A stretch of DNA of 36,002 nt, taken from NCBI GenBank assembly GCA_012862495.1, contig BLSG01000115.1, positions 82,908 through 118,909 on the forward strand. The letters are read 5' to 3'. Shown here one piece after another: positions 32,001-36,002 of this stretch. The notes beneath the pieces are model-generated. The model had not been told where the DNA came from. It saw nothing but the letters and a program-made list of their open reading frames with translations, and made no database searches. The position numbers and the translations under genes were made by a program. This stretch comes from Thraustochytrium aureum (taxonomy: Eukaryota). Position 1 is the first letter of the stretch. Each line of letters begins with the position of its first letter.

Positions 32001-35000
32001 NNNNNNNNNNNNNNNNNNNNNNNNNNNNNNNNNNNNNNNNNNNNNNNNNNNNNNNNNNNNNNNNNNNNNNNNNNNNNNNNNNNNNNNNNNNNNNNNNNNN
32101 NNNNNNNNNNNNNNNNNNNNNNNNNNNNNNNNNNNNNNNNNNNNNNNNNNNNNNNNNNNNNNNNNNNNNNNNNNNNNNNNNNNNNNNNNNNNNNNNNNNN
32201 NNNNNNNNNNNNNNNNNNNNNNNNNNNNNNNNNNNNNNNNNNNNNNNNNNNNNNNNNNNNNNNNNNGGCATATGGTGGAGCCCTGTCGTCGGAGGTGCTG
32301 CGCCTGATGCTGTTTGACCGCGACACGGGCGAGGAGGTTGTGGTTAGGGACGTGGACGAGTCCATCGAGATTCGCTTGCCGGCGCAGCGGGCGCTCTCTG
32401 CACCAATCACAAACTTGTGCGCCTTCTGGAACGAGACGCTAAAGGCGTGGAGGACCGATGGGTGCGAAACGACCTGGGCGGAAGGTGACGGTGTAGTCGT
32501 GTGTCGGTGCTCGCACTTGACGGACTTTGCATCGCTGCCTCATATGGATGTCAACTCGAGCAACGCCAACTTTCCAGAGATCGACCTGGACAACTTGAAC
32601 GCGACCGAGGAAGTTGTAAACCTGGTAAACCAGGTGGCAAATGGCAATCTGACGCTGACGAATGAGGACGTGGCTGCCGTGATGAAAGCGGGTGACGACG
32701 ACGTCGTGCGGCTGACCGCGCTGGCGCAGATCGCCGAGTCAGCGATGGAATTCGTCTCCGGGAGCGCAGCGACGAGCTTCGTGGAGCTCTTAGCGGCGTC
32801 CGCGACAGAGTCTGCGCCTGGGATGGCCCAAGGCGTCGCTCGCGCGCTCGCGCAGGCAGTGCCAGGCGAAGCGGCTGCTATGACAGTGGCCGTGACAGGC
32901 GTCAGCGGGGTGCGCGAAGACGCAAGCATGGTCTCTGCAGTTGTTGCGGAGGCGATGCTGGTGGTGGGCGACGTCGTGCAAGTCCACTCAGGGATCCGGC
33001 TTCCAGCGACGATTAGCGCTGCGGTCGTTGCGGCCTACCCGGAGCTGCGGCAAGCGGTGCTGGACGGGGTCCGCATTCTGGCGATCGAGTCAAAGTCGCA
33101 GCAAGTTGGCAACGACGGCGGCACCGTGACGACAGGCGAGGCTGTGATCACGGTTCCGGCGGGGATCGTTGATGCGAGAGGCGTCCAAGTCAAGTTGTGG
33201 TCCTACGACTGCAAGTTCGTGTCGAGCGCGGCCAGCGCTTCGTCCAAGGCGTCGAGCTGTCACAGTGTCCTGCCGCACGCTTTCCCTGCGCCCGTATTGG
33301 TGTCCTTCCCAGCCACAGCGCTCGCTGTGAGCCGCGGAGTTCGGTGCCTGAAGACGGTGGACGAGATCACGACGGGGGCTGGGAGGAGGTCCCGTGCAAG
33401 CTTGTCGCGGCGACGATGACGGTCGAGTATTGGTCCGACACGTTTTCGGTTGTCCGTGCTGTGCCGGCGCTCGGCCCGCTGTATGTGGAGCCGCTGCCCA
33501 CATTGGGCGCAACGCAGATCGATCGCGTCCCGCCAGCGCTGGTCGCACAGCTCGACAAACGGTTTGAGCGCTTGGAGGCGCTCGAGCCGCACGGGAAATA
33601 CGGGGAGCTGCACAACGCAATGAATGCCGACAAGCACGCGGCGCGCACCAGGGTGCGCGCCACGGAGCCGATTGGCGTTAAGGGCGTTGCGGTGAGCAGT
33701 GCCGGTGTGGTGTACTGGAGCGACGGATCGCGGGTCGTGCATGTCGACGCAGAGCGGGCGGTTGCTAAAGAGAAGGTGTTTGGCGCTCCGCGCACGCTTG
33801 TTCCCGGCGCGGTTGACGTGACGCTGCGCGGGGCGCACTTGGGCAGTTCGCGCGAAGACGTAACTCGCGTTGGTATCGTGGGACGCGGCTCTTGGGTTTG
33901 CACTGTAGGCGAGTTTGTTTCCGAGGAGGAGCTCCGCTGCACGATCCCGGACGACGCGGCGGGCTCTGTGGCAGCTGCTGTGTCTGCGGGGGTGGCCCCG
34001 GGCCAAGCGGGCGGGCCGAACGCAGAGATACACGTCGGCAACGTGCAAGTCTTAACGGAGAGCCGCAAGCTCGGTGGGCCAGAGCCCCGAGTCACGTCTG
34101 TTTCGATCAAGCTCCGCGGTCGTGCTCCGGGCGCTTTGGCGATGCGGGGTCCACCTTGGTCTGGTTTGACGCGGCGCGGCGGTCGCTCTACCGCTTGACN
34201 NNNNNNNNNNNNNNNNNNNNNNNNNNNNNNNNNNNNNNNNNNNNNNNNNNNNNNNNNNNNNNNNNNNNNNNNNNNNNNNNNNNNNNNNNNNNNNNNNNNN
34301 NNNNNNNNNNNNNNNNNNNNNNNNNNNNNNNNNNNNNNNNNNNNNNNNNNNNNNNNNNNNNNNNNNNNNNNNNNNNNNNNNNNNNNNNNNNNNNNNNNNN
34401 NNNNNNNNNNNNNNNNNNNNNNNNNNNNNNNNNNNNNNNNNNNNNNNNNNNNNNNNNNNNNNNNNNNNNNNNNNNNNNNNNNNNNNNNNNNNNNNNNNNN
34501 NNNNNNNNNNNNNNNNNNNNNNNNNNNNNNNNNNNNNNNNNNNNNNNNNNNNNNNNNNNNNNNNNNNNNNNNNNNNNNNNNNNNNNNNNNNNNNNNNNNN
34601 NNNNNNNNNNNNNNNNNNNNNNNNNNNNNNNNNNNNNNNNNNNNNNNNNNNNNNNNNNNNNNNNNNNNNNNNNNNNNNNNNNNNNNNNNNNNNNNNNNNN
34701 NNNNNNNNNNNNNNNNNNNNNNNNNNNNNNNNNNNNNNNNNNNNNNNNNNNNNNNNNNNNNNNNNNNNNNNNNNNNNNNNNNNNNNNNNNNNNNNNNNNN
34801 NNNNNNNNNNNNNNNNNNNNNNNNNNNNNNNNNNNNNNNNNNNNNNNNNNNNNNNNNNNNNNNNNNNNNNNNNNNNNNNNNNNNNNNNNNNNNNNNNNNN
34901 NNNNNNNNNNNNNNNNNNNNNNNNNNNNNNNNNNNNNNNNNNNNNNNNNNNNNNNNNNNNNNNNNNNNNNNNNNNNNNNNNNNNNNNNNNNNNNNNNNNN

Positions 35001-35202
35001 NNNNNNNNNNNNNNNNNNNNTATACTATACCGAGTACCTTGGCGGCGTGCAGCGGGTGCGCGAGGGTGTCGCGGGCGGCGGCCGCGTGGTGGAAACGGTG
35101 TTCCGGCACGACGTGGGCTTGGCCACTGCGAACTTGATAGACGACATGGCAAAGATGCAGAGGCGCAATGCGCGCGTCGGCGTGAGCGGGGAGCTCGCTT
35201 GA
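29010..35202 (+). CDS. Large polycystin-1/REJ-like extracellular protein: Cys-rich N-term, PKD/REJ, GAIN-GPS, helical region, ZU5-like, IPT/TIG, beta-propeller-like repeats (two N gaps, at least 2 frameshifts; start uncertain)
   Basis: REJ motifs LDGSAS...FAWE, YTFRLTV, LDGSASKDPD, VNSPPSSGSCIVSPSTGLELQTWFTFVCSDWVD...LPLMY. GPS CAFWNE...WRTDGC...CRCSHLTDFA. Later GNDGGTV...ITVPAG, VTLRGAHLG...CT...EELRCTIP, GVAV...VYWSDG. Frameshifts at ~33370-33380 and ~34146-34149. Confidence 0.8.
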
Positions 35203-35418
35203 AGGCGTCGGAGTGTGAAGGCGTTTGGTGCTGCACGGCTAGCAAACTACGGTGAGGGCGACGCTGTTGTCCGAGCGACAAGGACGTTTTGAGCTGGCGG
35301 TCGGGCGGGCGGGCAAGCGAGCTCTGCGGCCAAGCGAAAACAAAGAGTAGGGAAAAAAAAAGTTATGTACGCAACGCTGTTGTCCGAGCGACAAGGTGGT
35401 TTGAGCGGGCGGGCTCAC

Positions 35419-36002
35419 TCAGTCCTCCTCCTCTGACTTTTTCTTCTTCTTATCTGGGCGGTAGGTGCCCACTACGATGGCGTGGTCGCGCTCGTACGGC
35501 TCGAGGGTCAGCTGTTCGGTCGGCTTGAACTGCTCCTTCTTGAGCGTGGCGATCTCCTTGGCGAAGACGGCCTCCGGCGCGATGGTCGAGTCGATGCAGT
35601 TTGCTTTGATGGAGATGACGAAGTGGCCCCCGTTGCGGAGGAAGCGGTGCGCATTGAGAGCGACGATGCGTGCCTGGTCGGGCTGTGCCACATCGGCAAA
35701 GATGGTGTCCACCATGCCGACCAGCATGCGGTATTTAAGCGGCTGGCGCGCGTCCTCAATGATGGGGATCACGTTGGTGCGGAGCTTGGCCATGTTGATG
35801 AGGTCGCGGCCAGAGCGGTGGGAAAACTCAACGGCGTAGACGACGCCGGTGGGGCCGACCACGTCGGCGACGTGGCTGACGGTGGTCCCGGAGGCAGCGC
35901 CGAGGTAGAGCACCTTGTCGCCTGGGGCGATGTACAGGTTTTTCAGGCCGCCGAGGATGCCGGCGGCGATCTTGCTGCGGAAGGGGTTCCACACGCGGTA
36001 CT
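35419..36002 (-). CDS. NOP1: Fibrillarin (rRNA 2'-O-methyltransferase, box C/D snoRNP), 5' part outside window
   Basis: [100 protein letters not shown]. Confidence 0.98.
   Translation of the reverse strand, partial: YRVWNPFRSKIAAGILGGLKNLYIAPGDKVLYLGAASGTTVSHVADVVGPTGVVYAVEFSHRSGRDLINMAKLRTNVIPIIEDARQPLKYRMLVGMVDTIFADVAQPDQARIVALNAHRFLRNGGHFVISIKANCIDSTIAPEAVFAKEIATLKKEQFKPTEQLTLEPYERDHAIVVGTYRPDKKKKKSEEED

Noticed and set aside
1170..34150. Programmed ribosomal frameshifting or RNA editing system
   Set aside because: No shared slippery or stop motif; mixed +1/-1 indels at homopolymers in a gappy draft are better explained as sequencing error.
3672..36002. Functional cluster of RNA-processing genes (Angel, U1-C, fibrillarin) or lipid genes (PS synthase, SCCPDH, DHRS7, ABCG)
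   Set aside because: Interspersed with unrelated genes in mixed orientation; consistent with ordinary eukaryotic gene order.
1..36002. tRNA, rRNA, snoRNA genes or transposase/RT ORFs
   Set aside because: No recognisable cloverleaf/T-loop, rRNA or transposon protein motifs seen by eye; Infernal and RepeatMasker scans would be needed to exclude them.

Overview
GC-rich, gene-dense, intron-poor EUKARYOTIC genomic scaffold with many N gaps. It is not prokaryotic: it has spliceosomal GT-AG introns with CTGAC branch points, fibrillarin, U1-C, Rab-GDI-like and CFAP74 genes. Inferred host is a flagellated protist, possibly a thraustochytrid-like stramenopile (not provable here). About 14 genes, in order: tandem-GAF protein (+), Rab GDI-like (+), CCCH-zinc-finger/Angel-type EEP enzyme (-), LRRC61-like (+), saccharopine-dehydrogenase-like SCCPDH (-), CDP-DAG:serine phosphatidyltransferase (-), small Cys-rich conserved protein (-), U1-C-like (+), DHRS7-like SDR (-), multi-pass membrane protein (-), putative Ig-fold transcription factor (+), CFAP74 (-), three-exon ABCG half-transporter (-), very large REJ-GPS-ZU5-TIG-propeller surface protein (+), fibrillarin (-). 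Many genes are broken by 1-nt indels, mostly in homopolymer runs, which I read as assembly errors. Best leads: the non-canonical REJ/GAIN-GPS protein with no TM region after the cleavage site, the GAF-GAF frame running into a degenerate GDI-like sequence, the CCCH-Angel fusion, the orphan TF-like protein, and a degenerate GGGAACGAGTCGGTGTT repeat array between the divergent ABCG and REJ genes. All family calls come from motif recognition by eye, not database searches.
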